Assembly: GCA_902619265.1 (NCBI GenBank)
Contig: CACNDL010000002.1
Coordinates: 8,505-72,504 of the forward strand
DNA length: 64,000 bases
Source of the DNA: an uncultured SAR86 cluster bacterium
Lineage (GTDB): Bacteria; Pseudomonadota; Gammaproteobacteria; Magnimaribacterales; TMED112
Direction: 5' to 3'
The translations under genes and the position numbers were made by a program. Position 1 is the first letter of the stretch; each line of letters starts with the position of its first letter. Below the pieces are notes generated by a model. The model worked only from the letters and a program-made list of their open reading frames with translations. It searched no databases and was not told the origin of the DNA. Shown piece by piece: positions 37,912-46,743 of the stretch.

Positions 37912-38824
37912 TTTTAGGTCCCAGATGGCTTTTATTTTTTGCTTTAGCAAGGTTAATTTGTTTTTGTCTTGATTTATATCTTTGAACTTGTTCAGAAGAT
38001 TTAACTGTTACGCAATGAGAACAAGAAACTCCTTTAACATAATTATTGGATAGTTTTTCTTGTTCAGTAATAGGCATTCTACATCCATGACATAAATCGT
38101 AATCTCCTTGAGATAGATCATGTTTTACAGAGACTCTTTCATCAAAAACGAAGCATTCCCCTTGCCACAGGCTATTTTTTATATCTATATTTTCGAGGTA
38201 TTTTAAAATTCCGCCTTTGAGATGATAAACATTTTTGAATCCTTCATTTTTCATATAAGAGGAAGCTTTTTCACATCTTATTCCCCCTGTACAAAACATA
38301 GCTATGTTCTTAGATTTTTTAACTTCTTCAGTAAACTTTTGTTTTTTCACCCAATTAGGAAATTCTTTAAAATTTGAAGTTTTTGGATTGATAGAATTTT
38401 TAAATGTCCCAATTGAATATTCATAATCATTTCTTGTATCAATTAAGACCGTATCCTCATCGTTTAATAGTGAATCCCATTGGTCGTAACTAACGTATTT
38501 GCCGGCTTGTGTAGTTGGCTTAATATCATCAATACCCATAGTTACGATTTCTTTTTTAATTTTCACTTTTAATCTTAAAAATGGCGCTTTGTTAGAAAAA
38601 GAAGGTTTTATGTCGAGGTCAGAAAATCTACTGTCAGACTTAAGAAATTTCAAAGTTTTATTTATGTTTGTTTCACTGCCTGACACAGTGCCATTAATGC
38701 CCTCATGACCAATAATAATAGTGCCTAAGATTTGTAAATTTTTGAGCTCCTTTTTTAAGATCATTTGGAGTTTTTTAGGATTTGTAATCTCACAAAATTT
38801 ATATAAAGCTATTATTTTATGCAT
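37904..38824 (-). CDS. trhO: rhodanese-domain tRNA uridine(34) hydroxylase (UPF0176/YceA family)
   Basis: N-terminus ALYKF.., rhodanese active-site loop [13 protein letters not shown]-terminal Cys-rich CHGC...CSHC. Confidence 0.8.
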   Translation of the reverse strand: MHKIIALYKFCEITNPKKLQMILKKELKNLQILGTIIIGHEGINGTVSGSETNINKTLKFLKSDSRFSDLDIKPSFSNKAPFLRLKVKIKKEIVTMGIDDIKPTTQAGKYVSYDQWDSLLNDEDTVLIDTRNDYEYSIGTFKNSINPKTSNFKEFPNWVKKQKFTEEVKKSKNIAMFCTGGIRCEKASSYMKNEGFKNVYHLKGGILKYLENIDIKNSLWQGECFVFDERVSVKHDLSQGDYDLCHGCRMPITEQEKLSNNYVKGVSCSHCVTVKSSEQVQRYKSRQKQINLAKAKNKSHLGPKTT

Positions 38825-38843
38825 TATTTATTCTACTAATAAC

Positions 38844-38920
38844 TGGTGCGCCCGGGAAGACTCGAACTCCCGACATCCTGGTTCGAAGCCAGGCACTCTA
38901 TCCAGCTGAGCTACGGGCGC
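38844..38920 (-). tRNA. tRNA-Arg (anticodon UCG)
   Basis: Reverse complement: GCGCCCGTAGCTCAGCTGGATAGAGTGCCTGGCTTCGAACCAGGATGTCGGGAGTTCGAGTCTTCCCGGGCGCACCA. Anticodon loop CTTCGAA. Confidence 0.9.
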
Positions 38921-40605
38921 TAATATCCGGAAGCATGACCATCTTTCCTGCTCTCAGATGCTCCATAATATACACCATCTTTGAGCATTATTGCTTGGTA
39001 GCCACCATATACACCTTTCTCATCATTCACTCCTTTGAGATTGTGACCTAATTTCAATAATTCATTACGTATCTGATCATTAATTCGAGATTCAAGACTC
39101 AGAAATCCGCCATCTAGCATTATCTCTCCAGTAGGTTCAGATGACCCAAAATGCCTAAATCTAGGCGCATCCCCAGCTTCTTGTAAGTTCAGCTTGAAAT
39201 CAATTATGTTTACAACAATTTGGGCATGTCCTTGAGGCTGCATAGCACCACCCATCAATCCAAAACTAATAAACGGTTTACCGTCTTTGGTAATAAATGC
39301 AGGAATGATAGTATGGAATGGTCTTTTACCACCTTGTAAACTATTTCGATGGTTGGGATCTAAACTAAACATTTCTCCTCTATCTTGAAGCATAAAACCA
39401 AGGTTTGGAGGGACCATTCCCGAACCCATGCCTCGATAATTGCTTTGTATGAGTGAAACCATATTTCCATCTTTATCTGCAACTGTCAGATAAATAGTAT
39501 CTCCATTCTCGAAAATGCCACTGTCATAGACAGATCCAGCTTTTTTTAGATTAATTAACTTATTTCTCTCTAATGCATATTCTTTAGAAATAAGTTCTTT
39601 AACAGGAACATTAGCAAAGTTCATATCAGCATAATATTTTGCTCTATCTTCATAAGCTAATTTTTTAGCTTCTGTAAAAATATGTATGTATTCAGCGGAA
39701 TTAAGCCCCATGTTAGCAATATCATATTGTTCAAGAATATTTAGTATTTGAAGAGCAGCTATGCCTTGACCATTTGGTGGTAATTCCCAAACATCATAAC
39801 CTCTATAGTTTGAAGAAACTGGATCTACCCATTCAGGTTCATATCTTTTAAGGTCATCTTCTGAGAGGAAACCACCTTGCTCAATTATGAATTTAGAAAT
39901 TGTTTGAGCTATATCGCCTCTATAAAAGCTTTCCCCATAAGATTTAGCAATTTTTTTATACGTATTGGCTAAATCTTTATTAACAAAAATATCACCTTTT
40001 TTAAGAGCTTTGCCATTTGGCATCCACACATCTGCAAAGTTTGGATAACTTTTATATCTTGCAGATGACAATTGGAGATAATATCCAATAACTTCAGTCA
40101 CTGGAAATCCATTATCTGCGTAGTTTATAGCATTGATAAATAATTCATCAAAAGGTTTTTTACCAAAACGTTTATGAAGAGCTGTCCACCCTGCAACAGC
40201 TCCTGGCACTGTAACTGGTAAAGGACCAAATGGAGGGATTTTATTTATACCCATAGCTTTTAGCTTTTCAATTGTCATATCCTGTGCTGCTGGACCAGAT
40301 GAATTTAGACCATAGAGTTGTTGTGTTTTTGCATCCCACACAATTGCAAACAGGTCACCACCAATACCACAGCCAGTAGGTTCAACCAATCCAAGTACGG
40401 CATTTGCCGCAATAGCAGCATCAATGGCGTTCCCACCATCTTTGAGGACCTCTATTGCAGTTTGAGTTGCAAGCGGATGACTTGTAGCAGCCATACCATT
40501 TTCAGCTATAACTTCTGATCTGCTTGCAAAAGGCAGGCCAGTAATTCTGTCGTAGCTGAATACCGAGTTTAATAAGAAGAAAAGTAAAATTATTTTATGT
40601 TTCAT
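38920..40605 (-). CDS. ggt: gamma-glutamyltranspeptidase
   Basis: Signal peptide [12 protein letters not shown]..; [28 protein letters not shown]; autoprocessing Thr region [13 protein letters not shown]; [12 protein letters not shown]. Start moved to ATG 40605 because the ORF-track N-terminus reads through tRNA-Arg(ACG). Confidence 0.85.
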   Translation of the reverse strand: MKHKIILLFFLLNSVFSYDRITGLPFASRSEVIAENGMAATSHPLATQTAIEVLKDGGNAIDAAIAANAVLGLVEPTGCGIGGDLFAIVWDAKTQQLYGLNSSGPAAQDMTIEKLKAMGINKIPPFGPLPVTVPGAVAGWTALHKRFGKKPFDELFINAINYADNGFPVTEVIGYYLQLSSARYKSYPNFADVWMPNGKALKKGDIFVNKDLANTYKKIAKSYGESFYRGDIAQTISKFIIEQGGFLSEDDLKRYEPEWVDPVSSNYRGYDVWELPPNGQGIAALQILNILEQYDIANMGLNSAEYIHIFTEAKKLAYEDRAKYYADMNFANVPVKELISKEYALERNKLINLKKAGSVYDSGIFENGDTIYLTVADKDGNMVSLIQSNYRGMGSGMVPPNLGFMLQDRGEMFSLDPNHRNSLQGGKRPFHTIIPAFITKDGKPFISFGLMGGAMQPQGHAQIVVNIIDFKLNLQEAGDAPRFRHFGSSEPTGEIMLDGGFLSLESRINDQIRNELLKLGHNLKGVNDEKGVYGGYQAIMLKDGVYYGASESRKDGHASGY

Positions 40606-40613
40606 AACTAAAA

Positions 40614-40690
40614 TGGTGCGCCTGGGAAGATTCGAACTCCCGACCTCTTGGTCCGTAGCCAAGCGCTCTATCCAGCTGAGCTACAAGCGC
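40614..40690 (-). tRNA. tRNA-Arg (anticodon ACG)
   Basis: Reverse complement: GCGCTTGTAGCTCAGCTGGATAGAGCGCTTGGCTACGGACCAAGAGGTCGGGAGTTCGAATCTTCCCAGGCGCACCA. Anticodon loop CTACGGA. Confidence 0.9.
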
Positions 40691-40732
40691 ACTTTTAAAT
40701 TATAATAAGCTTTAAGATTTTTTTCTTACAAA

Positions 40733-41476
40733 ATGAAATTAAGTATCAATTTAAATAAAATAGCTTTGATTAGAAACTCCAGAGGGTCTATCAGCCCAAG
40801 TATGGAGTATTTTGCTAAAACAGCTTTAGATGCAGACATACTTGGTCTTACCGCACATCCTAGACCTGACAACAGACACATAAGATACCAAGACTTAGCA
40901 CTAATAAAAGAATTAACAACTAAATATCAGAAAGAATTTAATATAGAAGGAAATCCTTTTGAGTCACCATCATCAGAATATAAGGGATATGTAAGTATAA
41001 TTGATGAGTTCAAACCAACACAAGCTACATTGGTTCCAGACGACACTGATCAATTAACCTCAGATCATGGTTGGGATATGAACGATTTAAATAGAATAGA
41101 TTTTGCAGATTCTATTAAAAACAATTGCTTAAGGTGTAGTGTTTTTATTGATGCTGGCACAGATTTAAGCTTACTAGAGAATAAAAACATTAATGCTGTT
41201 GAAATTTTCACAGGACCATATGCTGATGCACATAAATCTGGTGATAAAGAGTTATTAGATCAAGAATTAAAAAAATTAATCTTTACTGCAGAAAGCGCTA
41301 AAAGAGAAAGTTTGAGGGTTAATGCAGGGCATGATTTAGACTTGCAAAATCTTCCCTTATTAAAGGAACTGAATTTAATTGATGAGGTATCGATTGGCCA
41401 TGCTATTATTTCAGAATCGCTTGATAGGGGTTTTAAAAACACAATTCAACAATATATAAATTTAATAAATGGATAA
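40733..41476 (+). CDS. pdxJ: pyridoxine 5'-phosphate synthase
   Basis: Collinear with E. coli PdxJ: IALIRNSRG, HPRPDNRHI, TLVPD, SVFIDA, VNAGHDL, SIGHAII. It is a divergent member. Confidence 0.7.
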   Translation: MKLSINLNKIALIRNSRGSISPSMEYFAKTALDADILGLTAHPRPDNRHIRYQDLALIKELTTKYQKEFNIEGNPFESPSSEYKGYVSIIDEFKPTQATLVPDDTDQLTSDHGWDMNDLNRIDFADSIKNNCLRCSVFIDAGTDLSLLENKNINAVEIFTGPYADAHKSGDKELLDQELKKLIFTAESAKRESLRVNAGHDLDLQNLPLLKELNLIDEVSIGHAIISESLDRGFKNTIQQYINLING

Positions 41477-41774
41477 CGTAATACAAAATATTAAAGACCA
41501 AATTAAAGATAATGAAATCTTGTTGTTTATGAAGGGATCACCTTATCAACCTCAATGTGGTTTTTCTTCTAAAGTTGCACAGATTTTATTTAGTTATGAC
41601 ATAGAATTTAGTTATATTGATGTTCTTGAATTTCCAGAGGTAAGAGCAAATCTTCCTCAAATATCGGATTGGCCAACCTTTCCGCAATTGTTTGTCAAAG
41701 GTGAATTAGTGGGTGGATGTGATATCGTTTCTGAGTTGCACGAAACGAAAGAATTGGAATCTGTGTTTAACTAG
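41469..41774 (+). CDS. grxD: monothiol glutaredoxin (Grx4 type)
   Basis: 101 aa; LFMKGSPYQPQCGFS active site; WPTFPQLFVKGELVGGCD. Confidence 0.9.
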   Translation: MDNVIQNIKDQIKDNEILLFMKGSPYQPQCGFSSKVAQILFSYDIEFSYIDVLEFPEVRANLPQISDWPTFPQLFVKGELVGGCDIVSELHETKELESVFN

Positions 41775-42240
41775 CAGTTATAAGAGTCTGTAAGAAGTTT
41801 TCGTGACCAACTTTTTCTAGTAAATCTAGTTGGGTCTCTAAATGATCTACATGTTCTTCTTCACTCTCTAGTATTTTTTGTAATAAATCTCTTGAAACAA
41901 AATCATTGACCTCCTCACAGGCAAGTATGGCCTCTCTGAGATCTGGGATAGCTTCATTTTCAAGTTTTAAATCGTTGTGAAGTATTTCAACAGGTTCGTC
42001 AGCGATATAAACGTTTCCTAGGTAAGTCATGTTAGGTAACCCTTCAAGGAATAAAATTCTTTGAATAAGAACATCAGCATGTTTCATCTCATCCATAGAT
42101 TCACCATATTCGTACTGAGCGAATTTATCTAAACCCCAGTCGGATAACATTCTAGAGTGTAGGAAATATTGATTGATTGCTCTTAATTCGTTTGAAAGAA
42201 TTTTATTGAGGTGTTCGATAACTTTGTCGTTGCCTTGCAT
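41767..42240 (-). CDS. bfr: bacterioferritin
   Basis: MQGNDKVIEHLNKILSNELRAINQYFLHSRM...; ferroxidase E/H ligands; heme-axial Met region (..GESMDEMKHAD..). Confidence 0.9.
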   Translation of the reverse strand: MQGNDKVIEHLNKILSNELRAINQYFLHSRMLSDWGLDKFAQYEYGESMDEMKHADVLIQRILFLEGLPNMTYLGNVYIADEPVEILHNDLKLENEAIPDLREAILACEEVNDFVSRDLLQKILESEEEHVDHLETQLDLLEKVGHENFLQTLITAS

Positions 42241-42291
42241 AGTGAATTTATATGATCTTTGAAATTAAAAATCAAGGAATTTAGGCATTTT

Positions 42292-42310
42292 GCTAATGAT
42301 TCTCATTTAG
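42292..42310 (-). promoter_or_regulatory. candidate Fur box upstream of bfr
   Basis: GCTAATGATTCTCATTTAG matches the consensus GATAATGATAATCATTATC at 13/19 positions (hand count). Palindromic core AATGA-ttc-TCATT. Lies 52-70 nt upstream of the bfr ATG. Confidence 0.4.
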
Positions 42311-42337
42311 AAAACGAATTGATTATTATTTAATTAC

Positions 42338-43363
42338 TCACTTTTCAGAATAACCTAATTTTTCATGAATTTTCTTACTTGAGGTTGTATAGCCAAAAGG
42401 CACTCTTTCTCCAGGGTAAACTCTGTTGAATGCTTTTTGAACAGCTAGTGTTGTTTCATGGAAACCCGATAAAATCAGATTTAATTTTCCTGGATAAGTA
42501 TTAATATCGCCGACAGCAAAAATACCTTCTTTATCAGTTTCAAAATTTTCTGTATTAACTTGAATCTTATTACCTGAAAGTTCTAAATTCCAATCATTAA
42601 TCGGACCAAGTTTTTTGTTAAGTCCATAAAAAAATAAAATGTAGTCAGCATTTATATCTAGTTCCTCTTTCGTTCCTGTATTAAAAAGTTTGATAGAATC
42701 AATATTTTTATTTCCAACTATATCTTTAATTATGAATGGAGTTAAAAGTTCAATTTTTCTCTCTTCATTTAACTTCCTCACACTGATCTCTGTATCAGGT
42801 GCTCCTCTAAAAGCATCCCTTCTGTGAACCAATGATACTTCTGCTCCGACTTTTTGTAATTCAACTGTCCAGTCTAAGGCACTATCGCCACCGCCAAATA
42901 TAGCAACTTTTTTATCTTTGAATAACGTCTTGTCTTTGATTGCATAGAATATTTTGTTGCCTTCTAAAGAAGAATAATCTCGCTCAAGGTTGGGCTTAAT
43001 TGGTTCAAATGATCCTGCTCCTGCAGCAATAAAAATATTGGGTGTTTCAACCCTAGAGCCTTTGTTGGTAGTTACTAACCAAACATCATCTTTTTTAGAT
43101 ATGCTTTCGACTCTTTCATTCAGAATTAGATCGTAATCAAATGGTTCTATTTGTTTGAGGAGGGCATCTACGTGCTCTTGGGCTGTCTGATAAGGCACTC
43201 CTGGAATATCAAAAATAGGTTTATCAGGATATAGTTCAGCACATTGACCACCAGGTTTATCAAGATTATCTATTAAGGTGCATTTAAGACCTAATATTCC
43301 TGCTTCGAATACAGTAAATAATCCAACCGGTCCAGCACCAATAACTAATATATCTGTCTTCAT
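42338..43363 (-). CDS. thioredoxin-reductase-like ferredoxin-NADP+ reductase
   Basis: [11 protein letters not shown] (FAD), [11 protein letters not shown] (NADPH), no CxxC redox centre, C-terminal ..GYTTSS. 341 aa. Confidence 0.75.
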   Translation of the reverse strand: MKTDILVIGAGPVGLFTVFEAGILGLKCTLIDNLDKPGGQCAELYPDKPIFDIPGVPYQTAQEHVDALLKQIEPFDYDLILNERVESISKKDDVWLVTTNKGSRVETPNIFIAAGAGSFEPIKPNLERDYSSLEGNKIFYAIKDKTLFKDKKVAIFGGGDSALDWTVELQKVGAEVSLVHRRDAFRGAPDTEISVRKLNEERKIELLTPFIIKDIVGNKNIDSIKLFNTGTKEELDINADYILFFYGLNKKLGPINDWNLELSGNKIQVNTENFETDKEGIFAVGDINTYPGKLNLILSGFHETTLAVQKAFNRVYPGERVPFGYTTSSKKIHEKLGYSEK

Positions 43364-43692
43364 TTGACTCTCATTCCAGGTTTTGCACCCTCATCAGGAG
43401 ACACCATAAAAATTTCTTCTCCCCCAGGGCCTGCTGCTAAAATCATTCCCTCTGATAAGCCAAAGCTCATTTCTCTAGGCGCAAGATTATTCACAAGTAC
43501 AACCAATTTGTCGTTGAGATCATCGAGCTTATATGCCTTCTTAATGCCAGCAAACACTTTTTTTTCTCCGAGTTCGCCAACATCCAATACTAGTTGAACT
43601 AATTTGTCCGCTTCAGGTACCTCTAAAGCTTGTTTAACTTTTGCAATTCTTAAATCTATTTTTGCAAAATCTTGTATATTTATTTCGTCCAT
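43360..43692 (-). CDS. free-standing tRNA-binding domain (MetRS C-terminal / Trbp111-like; 'MetRS beta')
   Basis: [19 protein letters not shown]...FAGIKKAY...[45 protein letters not shown] is collinear with the C-terminal domain of E. coli MetG. Confidence 0.85.
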   Translation of the reverse strand: MDEINIQDFAKIDLRIAKVKQALEVPEADKLVQLVLDVGELGEKKVFAGIKKAYKLDDLNDKLVVLVNNLAPREMSFGLSEGMILAAGPGGEEIFMVSPDEGAKPGMRVK

Positions 43693-45297
43693 CTAGTCTA
43701 GTATTCCGTCAAAATCATTTTTTTCAAGTCTTGAAATGAAAGGTTGAAATTTTTGTACCTTATTCAAGTTATCCTTGCTCAGGTCATCATAATTTAAAGT
43801 TTCTGTATTCAGGAGCTTAAATATTTTTTCAGCAATCGACGGAATAAAGGGTTGTAATAAAATAGTTAAATCTTTAAAGACGTTTAATGCTTCTGAGCAG
43901 ATATCTATACATTTATCTTCTTCTCCGTTTTTTGCTTTATTCCATGGTTCTTGATTTGATACATAAGCATTAATTTTATCTGCAATAACCATTATGTTCT
44001 TTAAAGCTTTTGAATATTCTTTCCTATCAACGAGATCAATTATTTCTTGATAACTTGGTTTAAAGCTTTCCGATTTTTTTATGTTTCCAGCAGCTATTTC
44101 AGAGTTGTTTAATTTAACGAGGAAATTTTGTGTTCTACTGCCTATATTTATAAACTTACCGATTAAATCGCTATTAATCTTTTGTATAAAATCATCTAAC
44201 GCAAAATCTATATCTGAAATATCAGTATTGAGTTTTGAGCAAAGATAATAGCGGTAATAATCAGGATTCGCATACTTCAAAGCATTGTCTGCAAGGATAA
44301 AATTCCCTTTAGATTTTGACATTTTATTTCCTTCAATCGTAAGAAAACCATGAACGAAAACCTCGTCTAAATTGTTTACATCAAAGGTTTTAAGCATAGC
44401 TGGCCAAAATAACAAATGAAAATAAACTATGTCCTTTCCAATAAAGTGAACAAGTTTTACATTTTCTTTGTTTATTAGTTCCTCAAAATCTATTTTGTTT
44501 TTAATGCTCCAATTTTTAATGGAAGCAAGATAACCAACTGGGGCATCCATCCAAACATAAATGTATTTTGTTGTTTCACCTGGAATATTGAATCCAAAAT
44601 AAGGCTCATCTCTTGAAACATCCCAATCTTTTAAATCTTTATCTAACCATTCATCAAGTTTTGCTTTGATGGGTGTTTGTCTAGAGATGTGTTGAATATT
44701 TGTTTTTAAAAAAGTTTGAAGTTCATTTAGCTTAAAGAAATAATGCTCAGATTCTTTTATTACAGGTACAGTATTAGTGAGCACAGATTTAGGATCGATA
44801 AGATCGAGAGCATCATAAGTAGACCCACATTTTTCGCAAGCATCTCCATATTGATCTTCTGCACCACATGATGGGCAAGTGCCTTTGACAAATCTATCTG
44901 ATAGAAATATTTGTTCTTTTTCGTCAAAGAGTTGAGATATCTTCTTTTTATGAATATATTTTTTTTCAAGTGCTTTTAGAAAGATTTCAGCTGTAAGTTC
45001 TTTGTTTTCTTCTGAGTGAGTTGAATGAAAGTTGGCTAATTTAACATTAAAACTTTTAAAAGTTTGATGGTGTTTTTTATGTAAATCATCAATAAGTTCT
45101 TCAGCAGTAATATTTAATTCTTTTGCTTTTAACATAATTGGTGTGCCATGAGTATCACTTGCACAGAAATACAAAGCTTCATCTTTAGTTAAGTTTTTAT
45201 GCCTTACCCAAACATCAGTTTGGACAATTTCAAGAACGTGTCCTAAGTGTAGAGGAGCATTTGCATAGGGAAGGGCGCTTGTTACTAAATACTTCAT
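43693..45297 (-). CDS. metG: methionine-tRNA ligase, catalytic core only
   Basis: LPYANAPLHLGH (HIGH), Zn knuckle CPSCGAEDQYGDACEKCG, KMSKS. Ends ..DFDGILD-TAG, immediately followed in frame by the ATG of the tRNA-binding-domain ORF. Confidence 0.9.
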   Translation of the reverse strand: MKYLVTSALPYANAPLHLGHVLEIVQTDVWVRHKNLTKDEALYFCASDTHGTPIMLKAKELNITAEELIDDLHKKHHQTFKSFNVKLANFHSTHSEENKELTAEIFLKALEKKYIHKKKISQLFDEKEQIFLSDRFVKGTCPSCGAEDQYGDACEKCGSTYDALDLIDPKSVLTNTVPVIKESEHYFFKLNELQTFLKTNIQHISRQTPIKAKLDEWLDKDLKDWDVSRDEPYFGFNIPGETTKYIYVWMDAPVGYLASIKNWSIKNKIDFEELINKENVKLVHFIGKDIVYFHLLFWPAMLKTFDVNNLDEVFVHGFLTIEGNKMSKSKGNFILADNALKYANPDYYRYYLCSKLNTDISDIDFALDDFIQKINSDLIGKFINIGSRTQNFLVKLNNSEIAAGNIKKSESFKPSYQEIIDLVDRKEYSKALKNIMVIADKINAYVSNQEPWNKAKNGEEDKCIDICSEALNVFKDLTILLQPFIPSIAEKIFKLLNTETLNYDDLSKDNLNKVQKFQPFISRLEKNDFDGILD

Positions 45298-45331
45298 GTT
45301 TGTTTTGAAATTATATGTTAATTTTAAATCT

Positions 45332-46027
45332 ATGGAAAAAATTGCTATAGCTTCTGGTAAAGGAGGTGTAGGTAAAACCTCAATTACTTTAATAATTGCT
45401 AATCATCTAAGCAACCAAGGCTTTCAAGTTGGTTTATTAGATGCAGATATATACGGACCCAACTTAACGCAAATAATCCTTCCAGATAATTCAAAATATT
45501 CCATAACCCACGATGAAAAATTAAATAAATTTATACCTTTAGCAATAGGCAATATATTGATAAATTCAATAGACTTTGTGGTAGATAAACAGAAAGCAGC
45601 AATTTGGAGAGGACCAGTTTTAAGTAAAGCGATTAAACAATTATACCAAGGAACAAATTGGGGCGATCTTGACTATTTATTGATAGATATGCCACCTGGT
45701 ACAGGTGATGCTTATCTTACAATTCTGAATGATTTAGATATTAATGATGTTGTCTTAGTTGCTGTGGAAGATGATTTCTGTATTGCAGATTTACATAAAA
45801 CCAATTCACTCATCAAAAAATTTAAAAAAAATTGCTTAGGCATAATTGAAAATATGTCTGAAAATTTTGATATTAATGATGATCCAGTTCTGAGTAAAAG
45901 AATTAAGGATGAATTCAATTTAAAAATTTTATTTACTTTACCAAGAATCCCAAGAAAAGATTTTTATGAAGAACTAGTCAATCTTGATAAACTAAAAAAA
46001 TATATACCAAAGAAAATGTTTAAATGA
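45332..46027 (+). CDS. Mrp/NBP35/ApbC-family P-loop ATPase (short form lacking the CXXC motif)
   Basis: Deviant Walker A ASGKGGVGKT, LLIDMPPGTGD, GIIENMS. Divergent from metG as in E. coli. I prefer the start at MEKIAIAS (45332) to ORF-track 45296, which overlaps the metG start. Confidence 0.75.
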   Translation: MEKIAIASGKGGVGKTSITLIIANHLSNQGFQVGLLDADIYGPNLTQIILPDNSKYSITHDEKLNKFIPLAIGNILINSIDFVVDKQKAAIWRGPVLSKAIKQLYQGTNWGDLDYLLIDMPPGTGDAYLTILNDLDINDVVLVAVEDDFCIADLHKTNSLIKKFKKNCLGIIENMSENFDINDDPVLSKRIKDEFNLKILFTLPRIPRKDFYEELVNLDKLKKYIPKKMFK

Positions 46028-46743
46028 AGAAATTTTTATTTTTAATAGCAGCAGTTTTTATACTTCATGCGGAAGAAGATAAAGAACCAATCGATGTAGA
46101 TCCGTATGAGAATTTAAACAGAGTTGTATTTAATATTTCAGATTCCTTAGATGAAAATTTTTTAAGACCAACAGCACAAATATACAGTAACTATACTCCC
46201 TTATTTATTAAGGATTCTGTTACAAACTTTTTTTATAATCTTGCTGAAATAGATACAGTAATCAATCAATTACTACAGGGTAAGCCTAAACTGGCTGCAG
46301 AAGATTCACTTAGATTTGTTATTAATACTACTATTGGTGTTGGTGGTATATTTGATATTGCTACGAGAATGGGTTTTGAAAGACACGATGAGGATTTTGG
46401 CCAAACTTTAGGAGTTTGGGGTGTTGCCCCAGGTCCATACGTCTTTGTACCATTTGTTGGGCCGTCAACTCTCAGAGATATTTTTGGTATTCCTCTTAGC
46501 TGGTATGTCTCAGGTTCTTTTGCTATTGAAGACGATAAAACGAAGATTCTTTTCTCTTTTTTAGATGTTATTGATACTCGCGAGAGAATACTTGCTGCTG
46601 AGAATCTGATTGTGGGAGATAGGTATGAATTTGTAAAAGATGCTTTTCTTCAATCTCGTGAACATTCTGTACAAGATGGTGAGGTCGAAGATGAGTTTCT
46701 CAGTGAATTTGAAGATGAGCTTTTTGATCTAGATCTTCCTTAA
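46024..46743 (+). CDS. mlaA: MlaA/VacJ-family outer-membrane lipoprotein
   Basis: DPYENLNRVVFNISDSLDENFLRPTAQIY, ..TIGVGGIFD.., FGQTLGVWGV..GPYVFVPFVGPSTLRD. Confidence 0.85.
   Translation: MKKFLFLIAAVFILHAEEDKEPIDVDPYENLNRVVFNISDSLDENFLRPTAQIYSNYTPLFIKDSVTNFFYNLAEIDTVINQLLQGKPKLAAEDSLRFVINTTIGVGGIFDIATRMGFERHDEDFGQTLGVWGVAPGPYVFVPFVGPSTLRDIFGIPLSWYVSGSFAIEDDKTKILFSFLDVIDTRERILAAENLIVGDRYEFVKDAFLQSREHSVQDGEVEDEFLSEFEDELFDLDLP

Noticed and set aside
40606-40662. N-terminal extensions in the ORF track that read through tRNA genes: ggt 40606-40662 over tRNA-Arg(ACG), 53357-53407 over tRNA-Leu, and ORF 38721-38909 over tRNA-Arg(UCG).
   Set aside because: The cloverleaf tRNAs explain these sequences. 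Internal ATGs followed by signal peptides give sensible starts.
38844-40690. ggt flanked by two tRNA-Arg genes, considered as a tRNA-targeted genomic island or integrative element.
   Set aside because: There is no integrase, no partial-tRNA direct repeat and no compositional shift evident by eye. The two tRNAs are full-length isoacceptors with different anticodons. It is better explained as a tRNA operon with an embedded mRNA.
45296-45331. ORF-track start of the mrp-like gene at 45296, overlapping the metG start codon head-to-head.
   Set aside because: The extension (MFVLKLYVNFKS) precedes the conserved MEKIAIASGKGGVGKT N-terminus, so the downstream ATG at 45332 is more plausible.
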